A stretch of DNA of 46,948 nucleotides, the filler included, from Jimgerdemannia flammicorona (taxonomy: Eukaryota): the NCBI GenBank assembly GCA_003990765.1. It is 2 parts of 2 records of this genome, joined end to end, with 100 filler letters (N's around TTAATTAATTAA, not from the genome) between each part and the next. Parts side by side here need not be neighbours in the genome. Positions count along the whole stretch, not along the records: positions 1 to 23,431 come from RBNJ01001106.1; 1 more part is not named here. One strand, written 5' to 3'. Position numbers and translations under genes: made by a program. Under the pieces are notes generated by a model. It was not told where the DNA came from. It saw only the letters and a program-made list of their open reading frames with translations, and did not search any database. Below, in pieces: positions 10,764 through 23,531 of this stretch. How positions within the stretch are numbered: the stretch's first letter is position 1; each line of letters begins with the position of its first letter.

Positions 10764-10979
10764 GCAATCACTGCCATGGTGGGGCACTAATAACTGCTAT
10801 TAAAAGTTCACTGGGTATGACACATTTGGACTAAGTTGGTCAGCCACAGTTCGACAACATTTCAGACTGTTTCCTACATATGTAACTCAACTTCTTGAGA
10901 TTGTTGAATTCGACAACTGCAACCATCTGAACAATATGCCTATGCTCAACTGTTTCCTAAACCTCACCTCTATCCTCAA
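10764..10979 (+). pseudogene. internally deleted paralogous fragment of the F-box/LRR gene
   Basis: High DNA similarity to 13560-13870 (ctgccatgg.ggggcactaataactgct; ccacagttcgacaacatttcagactgt; caactgcaaccatctgaacaatatgcc) with two internal deletions. Confidence 0.9.
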
Positions 10980-13117
10980 CACTTATGAAAAGGAGCATAT
11001 CCCTATTAAGGAAGTCGCTGAGCTTGCCCAGTCTGGCATCCCCAGAAGTGAACCCTTCTACACAGAGAAAGACTTCCTCACTACCATGGAGAAGCACCAA
11101 CTCTTCACCAGCCAACTTACTCAATGACTAGATTGCTGCAGAACCAACCACAAATGTGCCAGTTATCATCCTTGTAGGCCACAGGGCTCCAGATTCAAAA
11201 GCCATCCATATCTTTAATGGGAAGAAGGTCCATCTCTTTGATGCATAGAATGACAAAACTACCATATACAGGTTCAAGATTGCTATCTTCGTGGGCCACC
11301 GCTGGCACCATCGAGGCCTTTTACAAGCACCTAGCATCCCCGGGCTCTTTCCTTCATAAGTACACTGCCAACAATGACCAGTTCAGAGGCCTCTTCATCG
11401 TCCTGGCCACCACCTCCAACTGATCAGCATTGTAGCCCACCCATCCTATGCCACACTCTCCGCACACCTGCTCTTTGTCAACAAGCTGAATGGTGCTCAG
11501 TGTCACAAGCAGTCGACATTGTAGTTGTCGCTGGCAAATTTCTTGAGTATAGATAGTTATTTTGAGCATGTATTGCTACCTCATTCATTATAGAAATTTC
11601 ACCTCTCTCTCCATTCTATATACAAAAGACAACTTGTTCGATTGGTTGTTGAATCCTCTAAAGGACATTGTCAACTTTATATCAATTTGCATCTAAAACA
11701 TATATATACGACAATCCAGTAACAAGCATAGGATTCTTTAATCTGTATGTAACTATCAAGGCCAATTATTGGATGATGTTTTTGATCTCATGTCCCTTGA
11801 TCGAGTCCAGGTGGTTATGTGTACATGTATATATTATGTGTTGGAAAGGTGGCTACCATTTAATAAATAGCCCTACAATATAATTATATTGGGTTCTAAA
11901 CTATCAACTATAGTCAACCAACTGGTGTGGCAATAGTCAGGAGAAGTGCAGACAAAATGCGCCTACTTTTGACCGCTGTGCATAGATCATTGAAATCTAT
12001 ACCATTACCAGATTGTACACTTCTAGCTGACATGTAAAGTTCTACCACCTTCTGTCTATCCATCCATAATTTATACTCTCAACCTCTATCTACTGGAATG
12101 CTGTTGCTCAGCTTCACCTTCTAGATGAACAGACTGGACATGAATGCAAGCACAGCGACCACTGAATGCAGTGGAAGTAGCAGCTGATAGCATGATCATC
12201 ATGGAGATGACGAACTGCTGTAGTTTGGCTGTAGGGCTGAAGGTATTCTGCTTGGAGCTAGGAGCGGGGTGATGTAGACAATCGCTGGGATTGCCAGTGA
12301 TGAAGTTTGTAGGGGATGATGCATTCATAAGGAATATTAATGAATTGTGACAGTGCTTCAGGGCCAGGCATCGACTATGGAGATGGGACCGAGGTCTGCA
12401 GCTGCGGTCTGATCTGTGGCAGGGATGAGAACACCAATACCCACATTGACGATGAGGTAGATTCATTGTATTTCTGAACCTCCTTGTACTTATCCCTGTC
12501 CCTGTCCTGTTCTCTATTACAGATCTTCGGTATCAACACTAGTGTGCTGATGACATTTAACACTGAGATTGTGTTCCAGCCTCATCCCTATTACCCATTA
12601 CAATGCAGATAGGAGAGTCCTTCCTCTAATACAAGGCGAGATAGAATACATTGGCAGCCACTTAGTCACGTGAATACCAAATTGGAACATTAGTGACCTA
12701 AAAAACTTTCTTGTCAATTTACATCTCTTTTTACATAATAATCTACAATAGAATGTGGTTGTAAATTTATGAATAAAAGCCAAGAATGGTTTTGCAAAAG
12801 TTGCATTTTCATTACTGTCCACACCATGGAGATCTGACATTTTTCGGATTTTTGCATGGCCGATCAACATTAGTGTTGCTTGTTTTGTAATTGGTGTCAT
12901 CACCAAGTGGCGCCAATGTATCAACAGGGATAAAAAATGCGTGATGTAAAGAGGGACTATATTAAAGTTTTTGTCACCAACTAATCCATCGGCCTTCTAT
13001 CCATCCATTGACTATTATCTCTCCATTGACCATTAACCATTCGTTGATTATCAACCATCAACCATCAACTATAAACTGTTGACTATTATCATTGACAATC
13101 CAATACTCTCCTGAACA

Positions 13118-14284
13118 ATGACTTCCAAGTCTATACTCCATATACACAATGCACACCATCTCGAGAGGGACATTGTTGCACACATTCTTGGCTATATAGA
13201 GATCGACAATAATTATGCTCGCAATATGTATAATTTCGCTCTCATTGAGACTTCATGGCACAGTCCTGCCATAAACTTGCTATATACTCATCTCAACTTT
13301 TCAAGTTATGATGCCATAATCAACTATATCTTCAAGATTGCCCATCATCTGGAGTGCGCCAGTCTTGCTCGCTCGATTTGCCTTTCGGGCCTCATAGGAC
13401 CCATAGACTCAGAAATCCATCTCCGCTACCTCATTCAATCTTGCCAGAACGTCATCTCATTTAAGGTATTGAAGTGCCCTGTGACCTGGGTTACTGATAG
13501 GGTCCTCTTGTCCATGGCAGATCACTGGTCAAGTCTTACCCAACTCACTCTCCACTACTGCAATTTCTGCCATGGCGGGGCACTAATAACTGCTGATGAA
13601 AGTTCACTAAATATGACACATTTGGACCTAACTGGTATTCCTAGAATCAAGGCAAACCAATATTCCGAAATTATCCGAGGTCTTCCCAACCTTCGGTTTC
13701 TTTGTCTGTCCTGTCCAGTCGGTTACCCACAGTTCGACAACATTTCAGACTGTCTTCTCCATACTATCAGTAATATGAATCAGCTTCTTGAGGTTGTTGA
13801 ATTCAACAACTGCAACCATCTGAACAATATGCCCATGCTTGACTGTTTCCTAAACCTCACCACCACTCTGAAGTGTCTTAATATCACAGGGTGCAGCCAA
13901 ATATATGGTATTACTCTTGCTAATATCATTCATGCCTGTAATGCCCTCTGATATGTCAATGTATCTCGCTCCTCATTTGACAACGGGTGCCTTAACTATC
14001 TTTGGACCACCAATGCCTGCCAGCAAATTGAGTAGTTCGCAATGTCCTACTGCTCCGGCATATCATTAGTGTCTTTTCACTATTTTGCCAACATACTCGG
14101 ATTGCATGTGAGTGATGGACACATCAAGAAGTGCATTATATACATCTAGGGAATGAGGTCGAAATTGCCGAAGCACTGCATGAAGGAGATTGAAGAATCT
14201 AACCCTGGGCTTGTAATCGATGTGGATCATGAAGGGTTCATCCTTGAAGAAATCATAGAGTCTATCCTCAGGCCAGTTGTCTGA
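13118..14284 (+). pseudogene. intronless F-box-like / RNI-like LRR protein, probable pseudogene
   Basis: N-terminus LERDIVAHILGY...NFALIETSWHSPAINLLY is F-box-like. LRRs include LTQLTLHYC, MTHLDLTG, LRFLCLS, LEVVEFNNC and LKCLNITGCSQI. The LRR pattern continues in frame past TGA 13949 (L*YVNVS, IE*FAMSYCSGIS). The 3' end is uncertain. Confidence 0.8.
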
Positions 14285-14354
14285 ATAGTGCACCAGGGAT
14301 ATTCGTATTTGCTGGGCAGGTGTCAGATATATTGAGAGGGTGATTAACATTAAC

Positions 14355-17300
14355 AGTGATCACCGAGCATTATGGGAGATTGCCTTTATACTATCAAATT
14401 TGCAAACAAAGCTCATAATGCACACTACAATGGTACACAACATATGGGAGACTCTATGCACCCATCACCTGCAAGTATCCACATTGAATAGATTCTATCT
14501 GAAATCACAGCTATTCAACATAAGAATGAAGCCAAAGGAATGCATCCGTGATTACAGCAATCATGTCGACAATCTGGTAAATGAGGTGAATTCTGTCAGT
14601 ACATCGATAGATTGTATATGTGATGAAGATAAGGTCCTGGTGCTTATAAGGGGCCTTCCTGAGGCATACAATATTGTTGTCACTGCTATGTGGGAAAGCA
14701 GAAGCCTCGTGAACTACACCTACATAATAATAGCCTCATCAATGAGGAAATGTGCCAAGGAAATGGTCCTGCCGAGACGACAAAAGGGTGTTCTACAGGT
14801 CTCGCAGATAAGGCACTGGCAACAAACATGGTCAACAGCAAAAGTGTGGCCAAAAGGGAGAAACTCAAACCCAAAATCAATGGGATAGCAGTTAATCAGG
14901 CAAATTGTTACAACTGTGGCAAGTATGGCCATATGCTATCATAAGGAAAGTGGTGAAAATAAGCATGAAAAAGAAAAGAAAAACTACTGTGGCAAAGGGA
15001 AATATAGCAATGCAAATACCACCGAAACTGATGAAAGTGGTGATCTATTTTTTGCGCAAGATGTCAGTTCCACCACCAATCTCGCCTCCACATCTATGAA
15101 GCCTGGTTGGAAGGATGACAATTTTGGACCAAAAAGTCCCACCAATCCTGCCAGCATAAGTTCTGACAAATTTACCACAAGCACCAATTCCACCATCAAC
15201 AGCATGAGATCTAAGGAAGGATCTATCAATCTGTCATCTACAACTGGTCAGCAAAATATTTTTGGACCGATGAAAAGTAGTGATGACAGCAATCCCAGCG
15301 AATGCGCTAACACAGCCGATAACAATGATGTCTGGCTCATGGATTCAGAAGCCATGCAGCATATGACAGCCCACTGGGAGTAGTTCTCTACATATAAGTC
15401 GTTTGAACACCCGGTGCCTATTAAACTGAGAAATAACAATGTGATATATGCCCAAGGCAAAGGAAATGTTGGAATACATCTCTATGGGAATATCATCGAG
15501 CCTGCAGCCACACTTGGGGACATATTGTATGTGCTAGAGATAGGAAAGAACCTCTTCTCCATAGGTAAGATGATGGCTCGAGGTAATAAGGAGATATATA
15601 TACATCCAAAAGGCACAACCATATATGGCCTGCATGACAATAAACACAACAAGATGTTGATGACAGCCTCGAAGCAAGGCAATCTATATATGATTGACAG
15701 AATGCCGAATGGAGTAAAAGCCTCTACATATATGATGACAACTAAGCCTAATGCATATAATATATAGCATAAATGTTTGGGGCATATCGGCAAATCGAGC
15801 CTTGAAAGAATGATTAAGAATGGTTTGGTGAATAGACTGCCAGCATACATACATCAAGATAACAACTTCTGCGAGGATTGCATGACAAATAAGGCATCGC
15901 GGCATCTATTCAAAGAATAACTGTGGCCCGATGCAAACCCCATCACATTCCAGCAAGAGGTATTTCCTCACGTTCATCGATGATAATATGCATAAGACAT
16001 ATGTATATTCATTATCGGCGAAAAGCAAGGCCTTGGAGAAGTTTAAAGAATTCAAGGTGATTACTGAAAACAAAACAGGATGAAGAATACACACTATATG
16101 CTCAGACAATGATTGGGAATACGTGAATGGCCAATTTAGGCAATTCCTGACGAAATATGGTATATGCCATCAGACAACAGCTCCCTATATGCCTCAGCTA
16201 AATAGCATGACTGAGCAATTTAACTGTATGATTATAGAAATGGCGCATACGATGATCAATGTGGTCAGACTAGGATACTCCTATTGGGGAGAAGCCATGA
16301 ATACAGCAGTATATATCTACAACTGATGCATATCTCAATCACTAAGCAAGGATTCCAGCAACGAGCATTCCAGGGATGCTGATCATACTCCCAAGGAGTT
16401 ATAGAGCAGAACAAAGCTGGATGTATCCCATCTACAGATTTTCAGTTGCGATGCATATATCCTTGATAAAAGCAATATTAATCGGCATAAATTCAAGCCA
16501 AAGATGAGTAAGCATGTTCTTCTAGGGTATAGCAGGACATTGTATAGACTCTGGAATCTACGTATGAGATGCGTGGTGATTTTGCATGATGTACAGTTCA
16601 AAGAAAAAGGAAATGGGTTGGAGACTCATGTGGAAGTACCATTCGAGACCTCTATGTTTCAGCCAGTGCAACAACTGATGCCAACGAAGGCTCCAGCGGC
16701 AAATCAAAATTATTATCAACCACTATATGAGGACGAGCCAACACTCGAAGAATCAAAGATTACCAAGATCAATGATGATGATGAATTCTCTGATGATGAG
16801 GAAATCAAAGAAAAGAGCAAGTAAAAGCCAAAGCATAAGCCCAAGAACAAGACATGTTCCAACTTAGGAAGTTATTGGGATGCGCCAGCAAGCCTAAGGC
16901 AGTAATGTAAGGATTATGTGAGCTACATCGAGCATATGATTGCACATACATGGCCACATCTGGCGAGCCATATATATATGATGAGGCTATGCAAGACCTG
17001 AACAGCAAGAAATGAGAACGTGTGATGGATGAGGAATACGATTTGCTCATCGAAAATGGTACCTGGGACTTGATACCTCTTCTGCCAAAACATCAAGCAA
17101 TCGGATCCAAATAGGGATATAAGATAAAGTGCAATGCCGATGGAAAAGTAGAGTGGTATAAAGCTCGTTTCATAGTCAAGGGTTATTCACAGGATTATGG
17201 TGTAGACTATGACGAGACCTTTTCACCCATATTCAAGCTTACTTTGCTTAGAATACTCCTTGCGATTGGCATGCTATACGACCTGGAAGTCCATCAAATA

Positions 17301-18565
17301 GATATGAAGATGGCATTTCTGAATGGTGATGTAGACACCAAACTATATGTCTGTCAACCCTAAGGATACGAAAATAGTGAAGAATTTGTATGCAAATTAC
17401 GCAAGGGACTATACAGGATCAAACAAGCAGTGTGATTGTGGAATAAGAAAATTGATAAACATCTCCTTGATGAAGGATTCATGTGCTGCAAAGTGGATAA
17501 TTGCGTATACATCTGGTATTATGACAATAGCATAGTATTCATCAGCATATGGGTGGATGATATTATTATCATTGCCAGTAAGAACAGGCTCAATGGAGTA
17601 AAGGAAACCCTATGCCAAAAATTTAAGATGACCGATATGGGCGACACATCCTTCCTTTTGGGAATAGCAATTACACATGACAGGAGCACATGCACCATAT
17701 ACCTCTCGCAAGTAACATACACCAAGGCTATCCTCAAAAGATTTAGTATGAGTGAATGTAAGCCCATTGGCACCCCGATGGAAACTTCCATGAAGTTAAG
17801 GAAGCCCGACACTATGCTCAAACCCACCAATAACATTCTCTATTATCAAGCTGTTGGTTTCCTCATATATTTAATAATTGGAATGAGGCCCAACATATTC
17901 TACACTGCCAATAAGGTAGCGCAGTATTGCTCATGCTATGACAACTCACATTGGATGGCAATCAAGAGGATTTCAGATACTTAAAGAGATCAGCATATTA
18001 TATGCTTACATTGGGTAGCGACATTGGAATGAGTGGGAGCAACAGCAAGAGCAACAGCAATGATAATGGCATCCAGCTATCTGGTACATGTAATGCTGAT
18101 TGGGCCAGAGACTTGGATGATTTCTGGTCTATGACTGGGTATCTCTTTCACATCGGTGCAAACCAAGATAAAGGGTCTGTTATTTCATGGCAAACATGCA
18201 AGCAGAGTTCTGTAGCAACCTCATCAACACAGGTGGAGTATCAGGCATTATCATTGGCAATAAAGGAGGCCATTTGGCTCTGTGAGCTATTAAAAGAACT
18301 CTGCTTCTCTCAGGAACAGTACCCTATGCTGATCAGGCAAGACAACCAATCAATGATAGCACTTGCCAAAAATCCAGTACATAATAGCAGAACGAAATAT
18401 ATCAATATACTCCATTATTTCATTAGAGAATACCTAGAGTGTGGGAGTATACACTTAGAATACATCCCCATGGAGTATATGATTGCTAATTCACTTATGA
18501 AAGCCCTTCCAAAGCCGAAGTTCAAGCTATACACCAATGGAATGGGTCTTACGAGCGGGTCATGA
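14355..18565 (+). pseudogene. copia gag-pol, disrupted
   Basis: Gag (LIRGLPEAYN), knuckle CYNCGKYGH, protease WLMDSEAMQHMT, I*HKCLGH, integrase CGPM...FIDD / PQLNSMTE / WGEA, RT YKARF..KGYSQ..GVDYDETFSP and IWVDDI, RH NADWARD / QDNQS. Contains frameshifts, stops and a short deletion near 15915. Confidence 0.95.
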
Positions 18566-18839
18566 GATTTTTCAGGCTGTTAAAAGCCTCTCATACCACA
18601 TTTCTACATTTACATCTACATTGGTCACATCCCTCATCTAGGAGTAGATTATAATACATTTCTGTAGGTATTATGAGTATTTCAGGACACTTTTCAACCT
18701 GCAAAAATTTCTTTATTATAGGATTTCTAGTTGGATTTAGGTTATATGCAGTTCTAGTCTTTTTGCATGCATTGTATTGCTTTTTTGTCTAGTTTGCATT
18801 TCTCTCTTTTTTTTTTGTACATATCTCCTTGAGTGGGAG

Positions 18840-18994
18840 TGTTGAGATATGACAACTCAATATATATGTCAACATCATCCATAGGTGACATCACCAATCA
18901 GTGCAATCAGTATATGTAAATTCATGTTACAATGTTATCCAATAAATGGCTGCTCTTTTCCCATATCTCAAAGAAGTGCTGCTATTATACAACA
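18840..18994 (+). repeat. copia 3' LTR (155 bp)
   Basis: TGTTG...CAACA inverted termini. PPT gagtgggag at 18831-18839. AATAAA at 18941. Confidence 0.85.
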
Positions 18995-20241
18995 AAATAC
19001 TTGCTGAAAAGCTTGCCAAAACTTATAGAGCCTTATTTCAGATACCAGAGACCTATAGGTAACCTTCACTGGTACTTGATGTCCAGGTTAGCTGACTCTA
19101 TATATAGTCTGTAATACAATAGACAATATCTTATTAATGATAGCAAAAGGAAGAAAGTACTACACCAAAACAAGTATACTCCAGATATAGCTGAAGGTAC
19201 TAGAAACTATGAAAAAGTAGAAAAGACACCAATCTGATACTTAGTGCTCCAAATAGATAGAATTGATCTAGATGAGATTCCATTCAGATTCATTATATAA
19301 TGAATTCAAATTAACTTAGATTGATCCATCTGGATTGATTCATATTAATTGATCTATCTGAATTAATTATATGAAATCTTTATTAATATTATCCTTTCTT
19401 TTGTTGATTTTTTGCTCTGTTTTTTTTTCTTGCTGTACTTTGGTGACATCACTCTTTCTTTTGTTCCCTATCTTCTTTTGTTCTTTCTTTATTCTTTTTC
19501 TTTATTCTTTTTCTTTTCTACTGCATTATAAGTAAACAAAACAGCAGCTCTTAATTATATGTTGGTCTAGTCTACTCATTTTTTTACCCTGCAATGATTG
19601 TCAAAAGAGAGAGTATTTAAGGTAAAAATGTACTCTCTGCTGATAATATTATATTCTTTCTCAAATAGGTAGCATACAAGCTACTCATCAAGAGCCAAAG
19701 AAGTGATAGTAGTGGTAATGGCAGTGGTGATGGTGGGGATGAGAGAAAATTCCAGCAACAACTCATAGTAGCCCTTCAGACCTCAGAATTCACAGACCTG
19801 ATAGCTATATATGTATATAGAGCCTTTTTGGAGTAGCTGATAGTAGATATAGGTTGCTCATTCTACCACTACTTGTTTACTTGTATTTACTTTTTTAATT
19901 TCCCCCAATATAACCCAATACACCTCATACTTTTCTTTGGGTCCTCAGCTTTATGGTAAGATCTATTGACTTTATTCACAATATCTAATCAAGATGAAGA
20001 AAGGCTGGCAGATGTTCTGGAGTATGTCTTTAGTGGCTGAGCTGTTGAGTCAATATATTATATAGCAGAGGTCTCAAAAGGAACAGAAGTAAGCCTTTAT
20101 GAGTAATCTTGTATAACATATAACTTATTAGTATGCAAATCACTCACTTATAATCTTTTTCTAAAATACTCATCTCTATGTTTTATTTAACTTCATTTTT
20201 ATGTAGTCTCTCTTAAAAACACCCACATAATACCCATATAT

Positions 20242-20361
20242 AACCTGTCTGCATGCAACCCATCTGCATGCAACCTATCTGTATACAACTCATTAATATA
20301 CAATTCATCTATATGAAACCTGTCTGCATGAAACCTGCCTACATACAACCTATCCACATAC
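20242..20361. repeat. 15-bp tandem repeat x8
   Basis: Units approximate aacctgtctgcatgc. Confidence 0.85.
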
Positions 20362-21855
20362 TTATCTCAGCCCCTCAGATCAGGGCTCAGTTCTATTAGA
20401 AAGGAGAGTTCAAAGTTACTTAAGTTCAACCATATCTGGTATATGATCTAATAGAGAAATTCAAGAGCAAGATATTTAGCATAAGCAGTATCAGTATTAT
20501 CATCAAGGCTTGGGGGTCTATATTCGAATTAGAGCCAATCATTCTTGACCAAGAGACCCATTAGTCAGCAGGAGTATTCAACAATAAAGAGAACTGTACC
20601 ATTATTAATAATTATGAAGAGGTGGTTATAATAGTGATAAGGAACTGCTATAGTAATAAGCTTCACTGCAAAATTAATGAGTTTTGCAAGAATTGTATCA
20701 AATCCTAGATGACAGGAAAGAGGGGGTGAAAAAAGCAAAAAGGGGGGATTTGGATAGAAATTGGGTATACTACAATACTGGCAAAGAGTGAGTTCCAGAG
20801 TTTTTAAATTCTCTGTACTTGTTTCTCTTTTTTTTTTATTTTATTTTCTCATTAGATAATCAATCTCTTGCCAATATGCTCTTTTTGATAAAATTCTGGG
20901 GATATACAAGATTCTGTACTCCTACCAGAAATTTAGAAGTACTGTTGAAGAGCAATCTGTATGTAAGTATGATACAGCCTATATAGCAATGGTAGCTATA
21001 ATCTAGAGTTCTTTGAGCAGGTTGATAGAGTATATAGCAGGTAGCTTGATGGAGTATATGGCAGACAAGTTTGGCAGTAATTTCAACATAGCTGTATGTA
21101 CATTCTTGGTGCAATTTAGCATGCTATATAAGGTGAGGAGCTTTACTTTTTTTGATGCAGCCCAGGATTTCTGCCTCCCACACATAATAAGGACTGACCA
21201 GATGTTATCCATTTTGGGCAGGTTTCTAAGTTAGGGCTCTTGAGGCTCAATGAAGAACAGGTATCCTCCAGTACTGCCTGGTAGTATGAAGTCTTAGTCC
21301 AAGAGTTCACTCAACCATATGCTCAGATCTTATCAGAATATATTGGGTGCAATATTTCTCTGCCCATACACATAGATAACAACATCACTCCAGTAATGTT
21401 TTATGTTCTAAAAAGGAAGGACCCAACTTAGGAGAATAGTAGCAGAGTCTGGTATGACCTCACCTATAGTTTTGGAGTCCCATTTGTAGTCAACATGGTG
21501 GTTCTATTCTAACTACATAATCAATATGGTACCATCACCTCTAAGATACAATAGTTATCATACTTACAATAGATGACAGGCTCATCAAGGCCTGGGATGG
21601 GTAGGTGGAGTAGTTTTTATAAGGGTTAGGCAATCTTTTATAAGGGTTCAGCAGTTATTTTGTATGAATTGGGCAGTCTTTTTTTGGGGGAGTTGGGGTG
21701 GCAGCCAGGCACCTCTTTTCTATAGCACTAGTATAGCTGTTATGCTGGGCCCTATTAGCTCTTTGGCTCTGCTCTTGTAGTGCTACTGGAGCAGTATGGC
21801 CAGAGTATCCATGAGACCCAAACCAGTAATGGGGCTCAAATCTGTAGTGGACTTC

Positions 21856-21955
21856 AACCATCAGAAGCACCCTCCAATCACCAGAAGCATCCTCCAACTG
21901 TCAGAAATACTCTTTGATCACCAGAAGCACTCTCCAACTATCAGAAGCACCCTCT
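21856..21955. repeat. 20-bp tandem repeat x5
   Basis: Units approximate aaccatcagaagcaccctcc. Confidence 0.85.
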
Positions 21956-22007
21956 GACCCAGACTTGAACTTTTTGGTAGCTTAGGGTTGCCCATTTTAC
22001 TACTTAT

Positions 22008-22320
22008 GGAAGACTACAAATTTTGTGTACTCTCTCTGTCAACCCTGCCAACCCTCTGGCCTGAGCACAGACTACTTAGGAGTACCCTATACTGCTGGCA
22101 GAGGGCCACAAATTTTGCACTCTCCTCTCACCTACCCTGCCCCCTCTACCAATCCTCCCTGCCCAGGACACTTGTGGTTTAGAGCTGCCCCTTGCTGCTA
22201 GTGGAGGGCCACAAATTTTGCATGCTCTCTCTGCTGATTTCATCTACCAACTTGAGTACTGACAGCTTGAAGCTGCCCCATACTGTATACAGAGGGCCAC
22301 AAATTTTGCATACTTCCTCC
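22008..22320. repeat. ~90-105-bp period repeat x4
   Basis: Core gagggccacaaattttgca recurs near 22009, 22101, 22204 and 22292. Confidence 0.8.
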
Positions 22321-22504
22321 ACCACTGCTAACTTTACTGAGCACTGCCCCACTTGGGCTACAAACTCTAGACCAAGCCCTCAGTTTTTTTTTTCCTTTAT
22401 ATTTTAAATTATTAAATAATCCACAAGGCTAATTAACTTATCCATAAATCCAGAACCCATCAAATTTGAGTGGCCCATGCCCAACTAATATTTCAGATAT
22501 ATAT

Positions 22505-23423
22505 TGTGATGGTATAGCCAGATTCGGAAGAAGGAAATAGAGAATAGACACTTGATTGCACCTAGTCCCAAAGTAGTATAGCAACATAGTTAACAGTCCT
22601 CGATTTCGCAACTTGCTAAATATTTCGCAAAGTGTAAGATCGAGCTCCCTGATATAGTATAGCATTTCGCAACTGGCAAAACATTTCGCAAAGTGTTAAA
22701 TAACTCATAACTTAGCCACGTAACCCAGTAACCATCTCATAGCTAGCAAACTTGTATAAATAACCCAGTATCTTTGAGTGAATAAACCTCAGATCAAAAT
22801 AGTTCAAAGTAAAGAGATAGCAAAGGAACTAGTAAGCCTGTGGGCAGATATACCTCGAACTCACCCACCCTCTCCTGCAACTTCAAGAGACTCTGCGAGA
22901 GTCAGAACAGTCAAGTTTTCAAGATACAGAAATCCAACACACTTTCAAGAGTAAGCATCTGCTATGTTACAACTTGGTGCCCATTGGCTAGTGATTCAAG
23001 ATGAATCCCTCACTTTTAAGCTGAACAATGAACAACCACCACCATCCGAACGACCATACAAACTGAGCCCCAATACCCAGACAAGATGGATATAAGACCA
23101 CCAGTATTCCACAGATATACCTCAGATGAATCGATCATCACCTTCATTGACAATTTCGAGCAGTATGCCACTGTAAGGACCCTGACAGCAGCACAGCAAG
23201 TAGTCCTCATGCCCTTTAGCCTATGAGGCCCTGCCAGAGCAGCATTCACAGCTGCAACCCATGCAGGAAATGATGCCGATGCTATACTGACAGCACAGAA
23301 GACCTGACTCTGAAATACATATTATATAGATGAGATCAAGCAAGCCCTGAAGGGTCAGCTCAATACAACATACCAAGGAAAGAGCAAGGATCCAAACACA
23401 TTCTATACCAGAATTCGATATCG
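22505..23423 (+). mobile_element. family-A sister element (A'): 5' LTR 22505-22971, PBS 22975, gag start 23086, cut by gap
   Basis: Collinear with 2783-3690 except for a diverged U3 repeat block. Confidence 0.95.
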
Positions 23424-23431
23424 TTTTTTTT

Positions 23432-23531
23432 NNNNNNNNNNNNNNNNNNNNNNNNNNNNNNNNNNNNNNNNNNNNTTAATTAATTAANNNNNNNNNNNNN
23501 NNNNNNNNNNNNNNNNNNNNNNNNNNNNNNN
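23432..23531. other. artificial assembly spacer (44 N + TTAATTAATTAA + 44 N)
   Basis: Exactly 100 nt. The 12-mer gives stop codons in all six frames. Confidence 0.97.

Larger units (their letters stand above)
14355..18994 (+). mobile_element. Ty1/copia LTR retrotransposon, lacking its 5' LTR and gag start
   Basis: Domain order gag-PR-IN-RT-RH, followed by a PPT and LTR. No matching LTR is seen upstream. Confidence 0.95.

Noticed and set aside
11900..12924. Minus-strand ORFs as a gene or transposase HTH
   Set aside because: Only a vague resemblance, with no catalytic or conserved motif I can support.
14066..14350. Minus-strand 94-aa ORF
   Set aside because: It is antisense to the read-through tail of the LRR pseudogene.
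20440..21600. Helitron Rep remnant (NDWL*FEY on the minus strand)
   Set aside because: The expected QxRGxxHxH motif does not follow, so the evidence is insufficient to call it.
21856..22320. CRISPR-like repeat/spacer array
   Set aside because: Units are degenerate tandem repeats with related intervening sequence, no cas genes are present, and the context is eukaryotic.
23476..23487. TTAATTAATTAA palindrome as a biological motif
   Set aside because: It is centred in a 100-nt N block and is a six-frame-stop assembly spacer.
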